Assembly (NCBI GenBank): GCA_000708835.1
Contig: DF237050.1
Location: 139,296-203,295 of the forward strand
Length of the DNA: 64,000 nt
Direction of reading: 5' to 3'
Source: Klebsormidium nitens
Taxonomy: Eukaryota > Plantae > Klebsormidiophyceae
The notes under the pieces were generated by a model, which was given only the letters and a program-made list of their open reading frames with translations, made no database searches and was not told where the DNA came from. Both the position numbers and the translations under genes were made by a program. Shown one piece after another: positions 63,085 to 64,000 of this stretch (positions within the stretch are counted from its first letter, which is position 1; each line of letters opens with the position of its first letter).

Positions 63085-63393
63085 AAATCTTGCCCGGGTA
63101 TTCTTTCGTTGCCCGGACTACGTTGCCCGGGCTTCTCCCCGATTTCCCCGGTCATGTGTGTTGCCCGGTCTTTGTTGCCCGGGGTCTGCCCTCGTGGTCC
63201 CCGGACATGCGAGTTGCCCGGCCTTTCGTAACCCCGAGCGGCACCTCGGGGAGTCTTTTCCCCGGCCTTATCTCCGGGCAAATTTGCCCGGGGGTGCAAA
63301 ATCCCCGGGCAATTCTTCCTCCAGCTCGTTGCCCGGCCTCAGGCCGGGGAACCCCCGGGCAATAAGCCCGGGCAAACGGGAATCCGCCCTGTG
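63085..63393 (-). repeat. Right subterminal array of TTGCCCGG(G) motifs plus right TIR
   Basis: Roughly 11 copies between 63090 and 63375 in both orientations, followed by AAACGGGAATCCGCCCTGTG. Confidence 0.9.
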
Positions 63394-64000
63394 GCTGGCT
63401 CCAAGTGGCCCCAAGTGACCTCGGAAAGAGAATCTTCAGTCAGGGTTGGACCTCTACCGAAGCTCTAGCCCTCTTCCTGATTGTAATGTTAAAGTCTGCC
63501 TGACTGACTCGGAGGCTCGTCCCTTTGGCGTTGGCGTGGTCAAGTGGGCAGAGTAACCCGTATCATTACTCACACTAGATATTGACAGATCTAGAGGCCA
63601 ACGTGAGCAGTGGAAGCTATCAATATGGAACTTCTTGTGATGAATTGATTGCGTCACGATATCATAATCTCGGCCTATCTAGGTCTTGAAGGAGCTCCTA
63701 AAGCGTGCCTGCTTTCAAAGAGTCATCGTTCGCACGAAACGCTGGCTCTTCTACCACCCCGGTGACCGTACGTGCATTCCAAACCTTTCCGTCGAATATC
63801 ATCCGTATGATACGCCCACGAAACGACCACATTGCGCTCGACTGTTCGAGCGTGGCCCATGAAGCAAGTCTTCCTATTGAACTCTCATACTTATCTTTTT
63901 GACCAAGACAGCTATCCTACTGCGTCTCTACTCGTGGTGCAAAGATCGTAACGCGTGATATAGTGAGATGCTCCGGAAGCACAGGCGTCGTGTAACGATT

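Larger units (their letters stand above)
45718..63393 (+). mobile_element. Complete CACTA/CMC-superfamily DNA transposon, 17676 bp
   Basis: Perfect 20-bp TIRs CACAGGGCGGATTCCCGTTT (45718-45737 and reverse complement 63374-63393). 3-bp TSD GCT at 45715-45717 and 63394-63396. Subterminal repeat arrays and an internal CACTA-type transposase. Confidence 0.93.

Noticed and set aside
1-64000. tRNA, rRNA, LTR or prophage features
   Set aside because: No cloverleaf, rRNA-like, LTR/PBS or RT/integrase signatures were seen by eye; tRNAscan-SE and Infernal would be needed to exclude small RNAs.

Overview
Intron-rich eukaryotic nuclear DNA. It is probably from a streptophyte green alga such as Klebsormidium; this is an inference from the gene content and splice signals. 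Positions 1-45 kb hold nine spliced genes in strictly alternating orientation: FO synthase (CofG part, minus), a PIH1-family co-chaperone (plus), a dual-specificity phosphatase (minus), a large 2OG-Fe(II) oxygenase-family protein (plus), TIP41 (minus), a long coiled-coil protein (plus), an F-box/LRR protein (minus), a YTH + CCCH + RING protein (plus) and a helical-domain + MYND protein (minus). Positions 45718-63393 are a complete 17.7-kb CACTA/CMC-type DNA transposon. It has perfect 20-bp TIRs, a 3-bp GCT target-site duplication, CCCGGGCAA subterminal arrays and an intact four-exon transposase of about 1260 aa. It also carries a divergently transcribed second gene with SAM-like and PHD-like segments, a 141-bp periodic TGACGTCA array and unresolved cargo. 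The most novel items are the apparent m6A-reader/E3-ligase fusion, the transposon's second gene, and two recurring compositional patterns: CATG/TGCA-rich spacers between convergent genes and CpG-poor gene starts. All gene models were spliced by eye; no database searches were run.
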